Assembly (NCBI GenBank): GCA_003427395.1
Contig: BFEA01000041.1
Span: 2,680,396-2,744,395, forward strand
Direction: 5' to 3'
DNA from: Chara braunii
Taxonomy: Eukaryota > Plantae > Charophyceae
Length of the DNA stretch: 64,000 bases
A model generated the notes under the pieces. That model worked only from the letters and a program-made list of their open reading frames with translations. It was not told the origin of the DNA and searched no databases. Position numbers and translations under genes: made by a program. Below, one piece after another: positions 63,128 to 64,000 of this stretch; the stretch's first letter is position 1, and the number at the start of each line of letters is the position of its first letter.

Positions 63128-63648
63128 AACAGAAAACTTTCCCAGAATTAAATAATCATTCAATAGTAAAATTACATTCTAAATTTTAAATTTTCATTCC
63201 ATCTTAAAAAATGTCATTCCAATTTTAAAATTTTCCGTCTTACTTGAAAACTTTCCTTCCAAGAATGGGGTATCCCTTCTTATTTGAACTGAATGCTAGA
63301 GATGGAATAAAAGTCTGGATAAGTTCATGAAATATTTTAATTGGACTGTTATTCTAAGTAAGGATTTTCAGTCATAAATAGGTTAATCCAATCGAAATTA
63401 GAAGATATTTGTTGTAGTAGAATGGAAGTTTAATTAAAACATTTTATAAATTCGTCCAGACTTCCATTCCATCTTGAACAAATAGATGTAGTTGGAAGGG
63501 AAAACTCATATTTAGACGGGAACTTATCAAATAAAACTGGAAATTTTAGAATTGGACAAATATTGGAATGGATAATTTATAAATATGAAGGATTTTCTTT
63601 TTATGGAACGTTTTTTCAACTTTCATTTCTCGTGGGAATTTTTCTGTT
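63128..63648. mobile_element. AT-rich TIR element inserted in the A2 LTR
   Basis: AACAGAAAACTTTCCCA ... TGGGAATTTTTCTGTT with GCC on both sides; the flanks join up to match A1 6185-6225. Confidence 0.7.
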
Positions 63649-64000
63649 GCCAAGAACAACAGTTGCACAAGATTAAGGGCGCGATCCAGTCAGAGCATGC
63701 GCGAGTGAGAAGTGCGGCGCAACAAAATTTGGAGTCCCTAAATTCCTAGCCTAAGTCCTAATTGCAAAAAGGAAATTGCGAAGAGCCCAAAAACAATTTC
63801 GCGAGTCCGTGGGGGCTTGACATTAGTTAAAAATTCAAAAATGATATTCCCACGTGATGATCGCGCCAAAAATTCCTAGTGCTCTCAGCAGAATAAGAAA
63901 GAAGTCATTGCAACCGTTGTCCATCGCGTTCGCTAAGGCGTGGTTACCCAATCGTCGGCGCGGGACTTTACCGACCCCGACCTGACAGATTCTCACAGAA

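Larger units (their letters stand above)
52065..64000 (-). mobile_element. Degenerate Ty3/gypsy element, family A copy 2 (A2); continues beyond the window
   Basis: 5' LTR >64000-61252, PBS, gag, PR, RT (YIDD), RH, PHD-INT, extra ORF, partial 3' LTR. Confidence 0.9.

Overview
A repeat-saturated eukaryotic window with no intact host gene. The plant-type U6 and PBS sequences point to a green-lineage genome, and the transposon protein style suggests a charophyte alga such as Chara (inference only). From left to right it holds: a 5'-truncated L1-type LINE; a Tourist-like MITE; a Harbinger transposase remnant interrupted by Ty3/gypsy element A1 (5687-~14900, +); short MITEs, poly(A) retroposons and tandem repeats; a minus-strand LTR fragment (~21380-23048); a ~20 kb, apparently gag-only LTR element B (25792-46027) with very long LTRs and an internal inverted duplication; and a second family-A gypsy element, A2 (~52065 to beyond 64000, -). 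There are four assembly gaps. Four signals stand out. (1) U6 snRNA-derived sequences sit in a homologous context inside two diverged, related LTRs. (2) Family-A gypsy elements carry a C4HC3 PHD finger fused ahead of integrase. They also carry an LTR-encoded ORF with synonymous-biased divergence and a post-pol ORF joined by an ATGA stop/start overlap. (3) Two type I hammerhead ribozymes lie in diverged direct repeats. (4) One of those hammerheads is split within stem III by element B, with a GCGC target-site duplication. All alignments were made by eye and no database search was run.
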